A DNA stretch of 64,000 bases from NCBI GenBank assembly GCA_900549775.1, contig URPR01000001.1, positions 50,094 to 114,093 of the forward strand. Reading direction: 5' to 3'. Positions within the stretch are counted from its first letter, which is position 1. Each line of letters opens with the position of its first letter. A program made the translations under genes and the position numbers. The notes beneath the pieces were generated by a model, which was not told the DNA's origin, did not search any database, and saw only the letters and a list, made by a program, of their open reading frames with translations. Shown here piece by piece: positions 54,482-64,000 of the stretch. Source of the stretch: an uncultured Oscillospiraceae bacterium (lineage in GTDB: Bacteria > Bacillota > Clostridia > Oscillospirales > Acutalibacteraceae).

Positions 54482-56917
54482 TTGATAATGACTGAATTTA
54501 GTAAAAATAATATTTATTATTCCATATTTTGCCCGCAGTGCGACTATATAAATTCAGATTTACTTTCAGAAATACGATACAACTTTTTTGTTTACAATAA
54601 ACGTCAAAAAAACAAAATAACAAAAGAAATTGATGGAGAAATATATCACTATTCTTACGTTTTGGAAAAGGATAAGCCTCTTAGATGGAAAAAGATGTTG
54701 AAAGACAAACCTCTTGAGAAAGTCAAGGAAGAGAAGGATGGCAGTTATCAGATACAAGTTCAGGGAACAGATAAAAAACTTACGAAAGTGATATTTTTTG
54801 ATAGAAAGCACAACTGGGTAAAAAGTGAGTACTATCGCAAATATGGCAAAATCACATTTGAAAGATTGCCTGCTAGTGAGAATATAAAAGTTACAGAAAA
54901 AATGCTTTCTGGTAGTTGCATGTCATATGAGATTTACCCTGTCGAGTGTTCTAAATTAAAAAGTGGCGATGAAAGTGTAGCGATGCTTATTTGTAAGACA
55001 AGCGCCGGAAATTTTTGTTATTATACCAAGAGCCAGGTTGTTTTACTTAAAGAGCGAGCAGAAAAAGATAAAGAAGACAATGCTTTACTTACTGTAGAGC
55101 CTGAAAACCAGGATAGTTGCAATGATAAACAAAGTGTGGAAAGCGATATTGAAAGGTTTATTTGCTATAAAGAAAAGAATGCTTGTCCTTTTAGCAAAGC
55201 TTACGGTAAAACTATAAAAACTAATAGCGGAGAGGTTCTTTTTTATTTCGGGCATTTGCAAGATAAAATGAGGTCAGGCTTTGGCAGGACTGTAACTTCA
55301 AGCGGTGTGACAGCATATGAAGGAGACTACAAAAACGATAAAAAAGACGGATTTGGAGTTTATCGCTATAGTTCTGGGGAACTTTGCTATGTTGGAAACT
55401 TTAAGGAAGATCAAAGGTCTGGCTTTGGAGTACAATTTTCAAAGAATGGTGAAAAAATTTTATTAAGTTCCTTTGAGAAAAATAAATTGGGGAAAACAAG
55501 TACAATTTTCGATAAGAATGGTAATCTGTTGTTTGCAGGTAAAATAGTTGATGGGCAACGAGTTGGTCCTGCATTGGAGTGTAGATCCAATGGCGAAGGC
55601 TTTGTGGTAAAAAACTTTAAAGCAGGGTCATTTATGGGCAAGTGCACTTTGTTTGATGAAGACGGCAATTTGGCTTATAGTGGAGAGCTATCGGAAACTG
55701 ACAGTAAAAAATGTGGCAGTGGCGTAGAGTACAACCGCGATGGGACGGTTAAGTATAAAGGCAGCTGGAAAAATGACATGTACGATGGACAAGGCATTTT
55801 ATACTTGGACGATGGACGTAGAATAGAAGGGCAATTTAAATGCGGTAAGGTAAATGGTTTTGCGTGCGAGTTTGACAGTAAAAACCGTAAAATATATGAA
55901 GGCAACTGGAAAGACAACCTGTATAACAAAGAGGGAACTAAGTATTTAAACAACGGAAATTACCTGAAGGGGTTATTTGAGGCAGGTCTTGCTACGGGCG
56001 TATTGCTGGAATTTAATTCAGATGGTGAAGTTATTTACAAAGGGAATTTCGATGAAGATGCCTATTGTGGAGAGGGGATCCTCTACATAAACGGTGAAAA
56101 AGTATATGAAGGGAACTTTGAAAATAACCTGTATAATGGCAAAGGGAAACTTTTTGAACATGGCAAATGTGTTTATGATGGTAGTTTTAAAGACGGCTTA
56201 AAAGATGGCTTTGGCAAGCAGTTGAGAGATGATGAACTTGAATATGTTGGTCACTGGAAGGACGACAAGTACAATGGTATAGGTCTAACGTATGAAAAGG
56301 CTAAGCCGAGCTTTGTAGGATTTTTTGAAAATGGCAATAAACAAGGCAGAATAAATGAAGTATATGACGGTAAAATTGTGAAAGAATGTCTTTTCGATAA
56401 GGATGAATTGGTCTATTTAAAAGAGTATAGATATCCAGACTTGAATATAATTTACGATGGGAACATTCGTGCAGGTAAGCGCAACGGAATGGGCTGTAAG
56501 TTTACGGAATATGGCGAAAAAGAGTTTGAAGGTATTTTTGCAAACGGCAATGAGCTTAACAGTATGAGAGTATTCTTAAAAAAGTTGCAACCACTGCCGG
56601 AATGTGATGATATGGCCGATACGGAATATATCAACTACAGATTTGGACCAAATTATGTTATAGAAAAGGAAATACTGGGTGGGCTTTACTCAGGGCTATT
56701 GGAAAATGGCAAACCTGTTGGAAAAGGCACTGTTTTGTACGCCGACCACAGGTATACAGGTGACTTTTTAAATGGTATACCTAAAGGAAATGGTGTCATT
56801 TACAAGAATAATGGTGAAAAATTAAAAGGTAAATTTTTTGAAAGCGAAGTCTTTGGAAGCTCGAAGATAAATTTTGAGTCCGGGGTATCTTATAATTTTA
56901 TGAGTAATTACAGCTGA
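54482..56917 (+). CDS. Large cytoplasmic MORN-repeat protein (811 aa)
   Basis: About 20 tandem MORN repeats (Y(E/K)GxxKNxxxxGxGxxxxxxG pattern) fill residues ~270-800. The ~270-aa N-terminal domain begins with CPQCDY and has no signal peptide. Confidence 0.7.
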   Translation: MIMTEFSKNNIYYSIFCPQCDYINSDLLSEIRYNFFVYNKRQKNKITKEIDGEIYHYSYVLEKDKPLRWKKMLKDKPLEKVKEEKDGSYQIQVQGTDKKLTKVIFFDRKHNWVKSEYYRKYGKITFERLPASENIKVTEKMLSGSCMSYEIYPVECSKLKSGDESVAMLICKTSAGNFCYYTKSQVVLLKERAEKDKEDNALLTVEPENQDSCNDKQSVESDIERFICYKEKNACPFSKAYGKTIKTNSGEVLFYFGHLQDKMRSGFGRTVTSSGVTAYEGDYKNDKKDGFGVYRYSSGELCYVGNFKEDQRSGFGVQFSKNGEKILLSSFEKNKLGKTSTIFDKNGNLLFAGKIVDGQRVGPALECRSNGEGFVVKNFKAGSFMGKCTLFDEDGNLAYSGELSETDSKKCGSGVEYNRDGTVKYKGSWKNDMYDGQGILYLDDGRRIEGQFKCGKVNGFACEFDSKNRKIYEGNWKDNLYNKEGTKYLNNGNYLKGLFEAGLATGVLLEFNSDGEVIYKGNFDEDAYCGEGILYINGEKVYEGNFENNLYNGKGKLFEHGKCVYDGSFKDGLKDGFGKQLRDDELEYVGHWKDDKYNGIGLTYEKAKPSFVGFFENGNKQGRINEVYDGKIVKECLFDKDELVYLKEYRYPDLNIIYDGNIRAGKRNGMGCKFTEYGEKEFEGIFANGNELNSMRVFLKKLQPLPECDDMADTEYINYRFGPNYVIEKEILGGLYSGLLENGKPVGKGTVLYADHRYTGDFLNGIPKGNGVIYKNNGEKLKGKFFESEVFGSSKINFESGVSYNFMSNYS

Positions 56918-56932
56918 TTAGTAGGGGGTGAT

Positions 56933-57250
56933 TTGTTGGCTAAAGAAATTATAGATAAAATAAAAAATGCCGAAGCTGAGGCTGAAAATTTACAAAAACT
57001 GGCTAGCGAGAAAGCTGGATTGATAGAAGAAAAGGCTAAAGCTGAAGCAGAAACTGTAATTGCTTCAAAAATGAAAGAAGCTAAAGCTAAAGCCGACTTA
57101 AGGGTTAATTTTTCTAAAAATGAAGCTAAACAGATTTTATCAAACGCTGAAAAAGAAGCCGACAGAGAAATAAAAGAGATAAGAAATTTAGCAGAAAGTA
57201 AAAAGAAAAAAGCTATAGAAAAAATAATTGAAATGATATGCCAAACTTGA
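56933..57250 (+). CDS. ntpF: V-type ATPase subunit G (E. hirae NtpF-like coiled-coil stalk subunit)
   Basis: 105-aa Ala/Lys/Glu-rich coiled coil at the head of the operon. Confidence 0.65.
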   Translation: MLAKEIIDKIKNAEAEAENLQKLASEKAGLIEEKAKAEAETVIASKMKEAKAKADLRVNFSKNEAKQILSNAEKEADREIKEIRNLAESKKKKAIEKIIEMICQT

Positions 57251-57269
57251 TTTTAGGTGGTGAAAGTAT

Positions 57270-59282
57270 ATGGCTATTGTAAAAATGAAAAAACTTGCTT
57301 TGTGCGCTTTAAAAAAGGACAGGAAGAATATATTAGAGTCTCTTCAAAGGGCCGGAGTTGTTCAAGTTGAAGACAGCGAGATGCAAGATGAGTTGTTTGA
57401 AAAGATAGATACAAAGCAATCTATGGAGGTTTTCAGAAGTAACGCAAAAGTAGCTAGCGATGCGTTGGAAATTTTAGACCATTTTACAGCGAGTAAAGGC
57501 AAGAAAGTCTCATCGCTAGTTGGAAGAGATTCGATCTCTAAGGAAGATTATTACGAGTTCGTAGATAATGCACAGGAAATAATGCGGATAGCTTATACAA
57601 TCTGCGATGCACAAAATACTATTTCAGAGAGAAAGGCAGAAATTGTAAGACTTGCTTTACAAAAGGACTCTTTAAAGCCTTGGATGAATTTAGATGTGAA
57701 TATGAACTTTAAAGGTACAAAATTTACGAAAGCTTTCATAGGAACTGTTCCAGGAGAACAAGATGAAGAAAGTTTATTGGCAGCTTTTAAGAGAATTGCT
57801 CCGGATATTGAAAATATAGAGTTTGAAATAGTGAGCAAAAGCATAGATGCAACGTATGTTTTTGTAGTTTGTAAAAAAGAAAATAGCATAGATGTAGAAG
57901 AAGCACTTAAAAATATGGGGTTTTCGCCGCCTGTTAGCATTACAAAACATACCCCGGAGTATAAAATAGAAAAAATTTCTGAGAAGATAAAAGCTTTAGA
58001 AGAAGACGTAAATGACGTTGGTAAACTTATAGCAAGCTATGAAGGCGCAAGAAACGCAATGAGGTTTATCATTGACTACTACAGTATTCGCTCAGAGAAA
58101 TACGAGGTTATATCTAAACTTCAGTATACTAAGCATACGTTTATGCTATTTGGTTTTGTGCCTGAAAAAGAACAAAAAAAATTAGAAAAAGTTTTATCAA
58201 ATAACTTTACTGTGGCGTTTGAATTTTCTTCTGTAGAAGATGGTGAGTTTCCTATATTATTAAAAAATTCAGCTTTAGCTTCGCCCGTAGAACCAGTTCT
58301 GGAAAGTTATAGCTTACCCGGAAAAGGTGAAGTTGATCCAACTTCTACTATGGCGTTTTTCTACTATATTTTATTTGGGCTTATGCTTTCAGATGCTGCC
58401 TACGGAATATTAATTACTATTGGTTGTCTATTTGCATTGATAAAATTTAAAAATATGGAGCCGGGTCTTAAAAAATCGCTCAATATGTTTCTTTACTGTG
58501 GAATATCTACAACCTTCTGGGGGATTATGTTTGGAAGCTACTTTGGAGATGCCATAGAAGTGATTTCAGAAACGTTTTTTCATCATAAAATAACTATTCC
58601 GGCGCTGTGGTTTGTTCCACTGAATGAACCTATGAGAATGTTAGCATATTCTTTTGGTTTTGGCATTTTGCATTTGTTTGCGGGCCTGTTTTTAAAGATA
58701 TGCCAACTTTTCAAGGCAAAAAAATATAAAGACATATTTTATGACGTAATATCGTGGTATTTACTTGTAGGTGGAAGTGTAGTTTATTTATTGTCGATAC
58801 CAATGATGACAAAATTACTTACTTTAAGTTTCGTATTATCAAGGACAGCTGCGAATGCATCATTGATATGCATAGCGGTAGGTGCTTTAACTATTGTGCT
58901 AACTTCCGGGAGAGAAAGCAAAAATCCTTTCAAGCGGCTTTTAAAAGGGCTTTACAGCTTATATGGCGTAACAAGCTACGTAAGTGACATATTTTCTTAC
59001 TCAAGGCTTCTGGCGCTGGGGTTAGCCACGGGAGTTATAGCGCAGGTGTTCAATAAAATGGGAGTTGTCGCAGGTTCAGGTGTACTTGGAACTATTGTAT
59101 TTACGACTATTTTTTTGATAGGACATGCGATGAACATAGGTATAAATCTATTGGGAGCTTACGTTCACACCAATAGGTTACAGTTTGTGGAATTCTTTAG
59201 TAAGTTTTATGAGGGTGGAGGCAAAAAATTTTCCCCATTTTCAATAAATACAAAATATTATAAAATCAAGGAGGATATTTAA
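57270..59282 (+). CDS. ntpI: V-type ATPase subunit I (a-subunit)
   Basis: 670 aa with a hydrophilic N-terminal half and about 7 C-terminal TM helices containing the conserved Arg. Confidence 0.85.
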   Translation: MAIVKMKKLALCALKKDRKNILESLQRAGVVQVEDSEMQDELFEKIDTKQSMEVFRSNAKVASDALEILDHFTASKGKKVSSLVGRDSISKEDYYEFVDNAQEIMRIAYTICDAQNTISERKAEIVRLALQKDSLKPWMNLDVNMNFKGTKFTKAFIGTVPGEQDEESLLAAFKRIAPDIENIEFEIVSKSIDATYVFVVCKKENSIDVEEALKNMGFSPPVSITKHTPEYKIEKISEKIKALEEDVNDVGKLIASYEGARNAMRFIIDYYSIRSEKYEVISKLQYTKHTFMLFGFVPEKEQKKLEKVLSNNFTVAFEFSSVEDGEFPILLKNSALASPVEPVLESYSLPGKGEVDPTSTMAFFYYILFGLMLSDAAYGILITIGCLFALIKFKNMEPGLKKSLNMFLYCGISTTFWGIMFGSYFGDAIEVISETFFHHKITIPALWFVPLNEPMRMLAYSFGFGILHLFAGLFLKICQLFKAKKYKDIFYDVISWYLLVGGSVVYLLSIPMMTKLLTLSFVLSRTAANASLICIAVGALTIVLTSGRESKNPFKRLLKGLYSLYGVTSYVSDIFSYSRLLALGLATGVIAQVFNKMGVVAGSGVLGTIVFTTIFLIGHAMNIGINLLGAYVHTNRLQFVEFFSKFYEGGGKKFSPFSINTKYYKIKEDI

Positions 59283-59765
<483 letters not shown>

Positions 59766-59782
59766 TAGCGAGGGTCTTTGTG

Positions 59783-60376
59783 ATGACAGGTGTAGAAAAT
59801 ATAGTCAAAAGTATAGAAGATGATGCCAACAAACTAGCAGGAAAAATTTTAGATGACGCGAAATTAAAGGCTGAAAGCGTTTTTAAAGCTGCGAATCAGA
59901 AAGCTACCGGAATGAGCTTAGATATGACTGATAAAGCAGAAAAGATTGCTAAACTTACAGTAGAGAGAGCAAAGTCATCAGCTTTGATTGAAAAAAAAAG
60001 GGCTATATTGGCTGAAAAATCTAAAATAGTGTCTGATACGATAGATTCTGCCAAAAAGTATTTAATGAATTTACCTGACTGTGAATATTTTGATTTTCTT
60101 TTAAAGATATTTAAAAACCGTGTGGCGAAGGACAACTGTATATTAATTTTTTCTGAAGATGACTTAAACAGGATGCCGGATAATTTTAAATTAGAAATTT
60201 CAAGACTTGAGAAGGAAAATAATATTAAAATTGAGATTTCAAAAACAGCGAGAGAATTTTCTGGAGGATTTATTATATCTTACGGTGAAATAGAAGAAAA
60301 TTGTACGATCGATGCTTTGTTTAACGACAATGTTGACAGCATATGCGATGAGTTAAATGAGATATTGTTCTCTTAA
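59783..60376 (+). CDS. ntpE: V-type ATPase subunit E
   Basis: About 197 aa with an N-terminal coiled coil and a C-terminal globular domain, at the conserved operon position. Confidence 0.75.
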   Translation: MTGVENIVKSIEDDANKLAGKILDDAKLKAESVFKAANQKATGMSLDMTDKAEKIAKLTVERAKSSALIEKKRAILAEKSKIVSDTIDSAKKYLMNLPDCEYFDFLLKIFKNRVAKDNCILIFSEDDLNRMPDNFKLEISRLEKENNIKIEISKTAREFSGGFIISYGEIEENCTIDALFNDNVDSICDELNEILFS

Positions 60377-60481
60377 CTTTTTAATGAGGGGGGGATAAAA
60401 ATTAAGGAATTATATACTTATGCGGTTGCAAATGTTAGATTTTTAGAAAATTATCTACTTACACAGCATGACATTAACTCC

Positions 60482-61381
60482 ATGCTTTCAATGAAAAGTT
60501 ATGATGATTGTATAAAATTTTTGAAAAATCATTCGTGGGCAGAGGGCTTGAATACGGGAAATATAGATGAAATAGTTTCTTTTGAAACCTGTAAAGCCTT
60601 AAAAATTATCAAGAAACTATCTCTCTTTAACGGAGCTTTGCCTGATGAACTAAACTTAATACTGTATAGGTTTGACTTTAATAATTTGAAATTAGCTATA
60701 AAATCATTTATCACAGGTAAAAGCGTTGAAGGTGAATTTCTTCCCTATGGAAACATCAAAATAAAGGCGGTTGTGGATGCTTTAAAGGAACGAAATTTTG
60801 AAGCTTTGCCGATTTATATAAAAAATTGTGCCAAAGATGCCTTTGACGTGTTGCTTAAGACTAACGATGGACAGTTGTGCGATACAATTATAGATGCAGG
60901 GATGTTAAAAGCGATAAACGAAATAAAAAAATGTACGAAATTAGATTTTGTGCGAAGGTATGCCGAACTTTTTGTTGCAAGCTGTAATGTAAAAACAGCA
61001 ATTAGAAGTTGCAAATATGAGAAGTCTAAGGAATTTTTGCAAAGAGCTATAGTTGAATGTGATACTTTAGATAAAGAAAAATTGGTGGAAGCTGCCAGCG
61101 AAAGTTTAGATTTACTTTATGAGTACCTTTTAACTACAGATTATGGGATTTTCGTGGCGGTTTTAAAAGATTCTTTAGTTTTATTCGATAAATGCATCGA
61201 AGATGAACTTATTAAATTGGCGAAAGGTCAGAAAAGCAATTCTTTTACTGTAGCTCCTGTTATAGCTTATTTTTTAGCAAAAGAAAATGAAATGAAAACA
61301 GTCAGGATGGTTTGTATAAGTAAAAAGATAGGACTAAAAACTGAAACAATAAAAGAAAGGTTACGACAAACTTATGCATAA
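60482..61381 (+). CDS. ntpC: V-type ATPase subunit C (d subunit). Coordinates are from the first ATG, but the true start is probably upstream at ~60401 (non-ATG)
   Basis: All-alpha d-subunit. The in-frame upstream peptide IKELYTYAVANVRFLENYLL matches the conserved d-subunit N-terminus but lacks ATG/GTG/TTG. A strong SD GAGGGGGGG lies at 60386-60394. Confidence 0.7.
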   Translation: MLSMKSYDDCIKFLKNHSWAEGLNTGNIDEIVSFETCKALKIIKKLSLFNGALPDELNLILYRFDFNNLKLAIKSFITGKSVEGEFLPYGNIKIKAVVDALKERNFEALPIYIKNCAKDAFDVLLKTNDGQLCDTIIDAGMLKAINEIKKCTKLDFVRRYAELFVASCNVKTAIRSCKYEKSKEFLQRAIVECDTLDKEKLVEAASESLDLLYEYLLTTDYGIFVAVLKDSLVLFDKCIEDELIKLAKGQKSNSFTVAPVIAYFLAKENEMKTVRMVCISKKIGLKTETIKERLRQTYA

Positions 61382-61688
61382 AGTTGCAGTTATAGGAGAA
61401 AAAGAAAGTGTAATTGGGTTTGCGGCACTTGGGTTGGACGTTTTTGAAATTGATGATACTACTGGAGCTGAAAAGAAAATTAAAGAACTATTAAAGCTTG
61501 AGTATGGGATTATTTATTTAACGGAAAAAGTTGCACAAGACCTAGACGAACGATTAAAATACTATCAGGTTAATTATAATACTGCAATTGTTCCTATTCC
61601 CGGTAGCGACAAAAGCACTAAAATAGGGTTAGAAAATGTTAGGAAATCTATAGAAAGAGCTGTAGGAAGTAATATTTTAGAGATATAA
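61374..61688 (+). CDS. ntpG: V-type ATPase subunit F
   Basis: MHKVAVIGEKESVIGFAALGLDVF... is 104 aa. Confidence 0.8.
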   Translation: MHKVAVIGEKESVIGFAALGLDVFEIDDTTGAEKKIKELLKLEYGIIYLTEKVAQDLDERLKYYQVNYNTAIVPIPGSDKSTKIGLENVRKSIERAVGSNILEI

Positions 61689-61710
61689 AGATGTTTTTAC
61701 TTACTATTTA

Positions 61711-61813
61711 AGGGCGCAGCCCTTCAAAAATCAAATATTTTGATTTTTGAAATTTCGTTGATACCAACGAAATTCGCGGAGCTATAAAATAGCTCCGCGG
61801 GGGCTGCGCCCGG
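61711..61813. repeat. GC-clamped multi-hairpin element D: 11-bp GC outer stem enclosing three hairpins (inside the ntp operon)
   Basis: The outer stem is GGGCGCAGCCC (61712-61722) paired with GGGCTGCGCCC (61801-61811). The inner hairpins are TTCAAAAATCAAA-tat-TTTGATTTTTGAA (13 bp), AATTTCGTTG-atac-CAACGAAATT (10 bp) and CGCGGAGCTAT-aaa-ATAGCTCCGCG (11 bp). Confidence 0.85.
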
Positions 61814-61840
61814 TAAGTGTACTTAACTGAGGTGAAAATT

Positions 61841-63610
61841 ATGAAATCTGGCGTAATAAAGAAGGTAGCAGGACCGCTGGTTATAGCATCGGATATGAAA
61901 CAAGCCAACATGTTTGACGTTGTTAAGGTAGGTAACGAAAAGTTAATTGGTGAAATTATTGAGATGCATTCGGGTGACGCATCCGTACAAGTATATGAAG
62001 AAACGACAGGGCTTGGGCCTGGTGCGCCTGTAGTATCTACAAATGAGCCTTTAAGCGTAGAACTGGGACCGGGACTTATTGGCAATATATTTGATGGCAT
62101 CCAGCGTCCACTTAGCGAAATAAAAAAGGTATCTGGCAACAACCTAAAAAGAGGAATAGAAGTTTTACCTTTGAACAGAGATAAAAAGTGGAATTTTAAT
62201 TCAGAAGTCAAAGTAGGCGATGAAGTTGTTTCTGGGGATATTATCGGGACAGTTTTGGAAACACCGATAGTAAAACATAAAATAATGGTTCCGATTGGTA
62301 TAAATGGTACAATAAAAAAGGTTTACGATGGGGAATTCGCAGTCGATGATGTAGTAGCTGTTATTCAAAGTGAAAACGGTGAAGAAAAGGAAATTAAATT
62401 ATTTCAAAAATGGCCTGTGAGGGTTCCAAGACCATATAAACAGAAACTTATGCCAAATGAGCCTTTGATTACGGGTCAGCGCGTTATAGATACTCTTTTT
62501 CCTATGGCGAAGGGGGGAGTCGCTGCGGTACCGGGACCATTTGGTAGCGGGAAAACTGTAGTGCAGCATCAGCTAGCCAAGTGGGCCGATGCAGATATAA
62601 TAGTATATATAGGTTGCGGTGAGCGTGGAAATGAAATGACTGATGTTCTAAATGAGTTTCCAGAGCTTATAGACCCCAAAACAGGGCGCTCTCTGATGGA
62701 ACGAACAGTCTTAATAGCAAACACTTCAGACATGCCGGTGGCGGCAAGAGAAGCATCTATATATACTGGTATTACTATAGCTGAGTATTTTAGAGATATG
62801 GGATACTCTGTAGCTTTGATGGCAGATTCCACATCCCGCTGGGCAGAAGCTTTAAGGGAAATGTCTGGTCGGCTACAAGAAATGCCGGGCGAAGAAGGGT
62901 ATCCGGCATATTTAGGTAGCAGGTTAGCTCAGTTTTACGAACGTGCCGGCAGAGTAATTGCAAAAGGCAGCGATAAAAGAGAAGGAACTCTTAGCGTTAT
63001 AGGTGCTGTTTCGCCGCCTGGTGGAGATATTTCTGAACCGGTGTCTCAAGCGACTTTAAGAATAGTAAAAGTTTTTTGGGGGCTTGATTCAAACCTTGCA
63101 TATAAGCGGCATTTTCCGGCTATAAACTGGCTAAACAGCTATTCCCTATATATAGACAGTGTAGGAAAATGGTTCTGTGAGCATGTTAATGAAAATTGGC
63201 TGAACCTTAGGCATGAATGTGTAAAAATTCTTGGAGAAGAAGCAAACTTAGAGGAAATAGTCAAGCTTGTTGGAATGGATGCATTATCTGCGTCTGATAG
63301 ACTAAAACTTGAAATAGCTAGATCTATACGTGAAGATTTCTTACACCAAAATGCTTTTAATGAAGTAGATACGTATACTTCATTAAATAAGCAGTTTCTC
63401 ATGCTGAATTTAATTTTTAAATTTCAAGAAACTGCAAACGAACTAATTACGAATGGTGTTGAAGTGGAAGAAATTTTAAAATTTAAAAGTCGTGAAAAAA
63501 TAGGACGATTTAAATATGTGGAAAAAGATGACCTTGAAAAAGAATATGAGGAAATACTCAAAGAAATGGCAAAAGAAGCTGAAAACGCTGTGAGAGAGGA
63601 GGAAGAATAA
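61841..63610 (+). CDS. ntpA: V-type ATPase catalytic subunit A
   Basis: P-loop GPFGSGKT and the non-homologous region typical of A subunits. Start at ATG 61841 (SD GAGGTGA). Confidence 0.9.
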   Translation: MKSGVIKKVAGPLVIASDMKQANMFDVVKVGNEKLIGEIIEMHSGDASVQVYEETTGLGPGAPVVSTNEPLSVELGPGLIGNIFDGIQRPLSEIKKVSGNNLKRGIEVLPLNRDKKWNFNSEVKVGDEVVSGDIIGTVLETPIVKHKIMVPIGINGTIKKVYDGEFAVDDVVAVIQSENGEEKEIKLFQKWPVRVPRPYKQKLMPNEPLITGQRVIDTLFPMAKGGVAAVPGPFGSGKTVVQHQLAKWADADIIVYIGCGERGNEMTDVLNEFPELIDPKTGRSLMERTVLIANTSDMPVAAREASIYTGITIAEYFRDMGYSVALMADSTSRWAEALREMSGRLQEMPGEEGYPAYLGSRLAQFYERAGRVIAKGSDKREGTLSVIGAVSPPGGDISEPVSQATLRIVKVFWGLDSNLAYKRHFPAINWLNSYSLYIDSVGKWFCEHVNENWLNLRHECVKILGEEANLEEIVKLVGMDALSASDRLKLEIARSIREDFLHQNAFNEVDTYTSLNKQFLMLNLIFKFQETANELITNGVEVEEILKFKSREKIGRFKYVEKDDLEKEYEEILKEMAKEAENAVREEEE

Positions 63611-64000
63611 TGCCAAGAGAATATAAAACTATAGAAGAAGTGTCTGGCCCGCTGGTTTTAGTGAGAGGTGTAAGCAATGTCAACTACGATGACCTTGGAG
63701 AGATTGAGCTTGAAGACGGTACAAAAAAACGATGCAAAGTTTTAGAGATAGACGGGACAAATGCTTTAGTACAGCTTTTTGAAAGTTCAGCAGGGATCAA
63801 TTTATCAAACAGCAAAGTTAAGTTTTTGGGCAGGAGTATGCAACTGCCAGTTTCTGAAGATATATTAGGGCGAGTGTTTGACGGTTTAGGCAAAGTGCTG
63901 GATGATGGACCTGAGATAATTCCAGAAAAACGCCTTAATATAAATGGACTTGCTATGAATCCTGTTGCGAGAAACTACCCGAGTGAATTTATACAAACTG
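63610..64000 (+). CDS. ntpB: V-type ATPase subunit B (5' part; continues beyond the window)
   Basis: [21 protein letters not shown]... The start overlaps the ntpA stop (ATAATG). Confidence 0.85.
   Translation, partial: MPREYKTIEEVSGPLVLVRGVSNVNYDDLGEIELEDGTKKRCKVLEIDGTNALVQLFESSAGINLSNSKVKFLGRSMQLPVSEDILGRVFDGLGKVLDDGPEIIPEKRLNINGLAMNPVARNYPSEFIQT

Overview
This 64-kb window is low-GC Firmicutes/Clostridia-type chromosome from a spore-former (spoIIIAA-AH operon, pro-sigma K) that also carries a V-type ATPase. Most of it is conserved core genes. The most unusual signal is a family of four compact, GC-clamped multi-hairpin elements in intergenic spacers; their function cannot be read from sequence alone.

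Core genes, in order: greA; rimO; pgsA; SRP RNA; dnaX-ybaB-recR; smpB-ssrA (tmRNA); metG; an RsmF-like rRNA methyltransferase; mrnC; obg; rpmA-prp-rplU; ppk2; tmcAL; a class B PBP; asnB; a GHL10 hydrolase; mtaB; rsmI with a yabB-like methyltransferase; a 57-aa clostridial 2[4Fe-4S] ferredoxin that the ORF track missed; a class A PBP; aspartokinase; gatCAB; sigK.

Downstream of sigK is a Wzx/Wzy-type glycopolymer cluster built on CDP-ribitol (tarI, tarJ, a LicD-family transferase, four GT2 enzymes, a Wzy-like membrane protein, a Wzx flippase, an acyltransferase). It is followed by comM; an ECF S-component; DUF1292; spoIIIAA-AH; an MscS channel; an 811-aa MORN-repeat protein; and the V-ATPase operon ntpF-I-K-E-C-G-A-B.

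The four elements are 80-115 nt each. Each has a 10-15 bp perfect G+C-rich closing stem with core GC(G)CAGC, enclosing two or three tightly packed perfect 7-13 bp A/T-rich hairpins. The closing-stem consensus is shared; the inner hairpin sequences are not. They sit between dnaX and ybaB, upstream of spoIIIAA, after spoIIIAH, and inside the ntp operon.

Smaller observations: a freestanding GIY-YIG endonuclease gene directly 3' of the tmRNA gene; a 30-aa Asn/Gln-rich mini-protein with a strong SD; a V-ATPase C subunit whose conserved N-terminus lies upstream of the first canonical start codon; tandem ~70-bp repeats upstream of obg; and a GC-enriched, possibly structured region in the convergent spacer at 47.2-47.4 kb. 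I see no CRISPR array, no intact transposase or integrase, and no recognisable defence or toxin genes.
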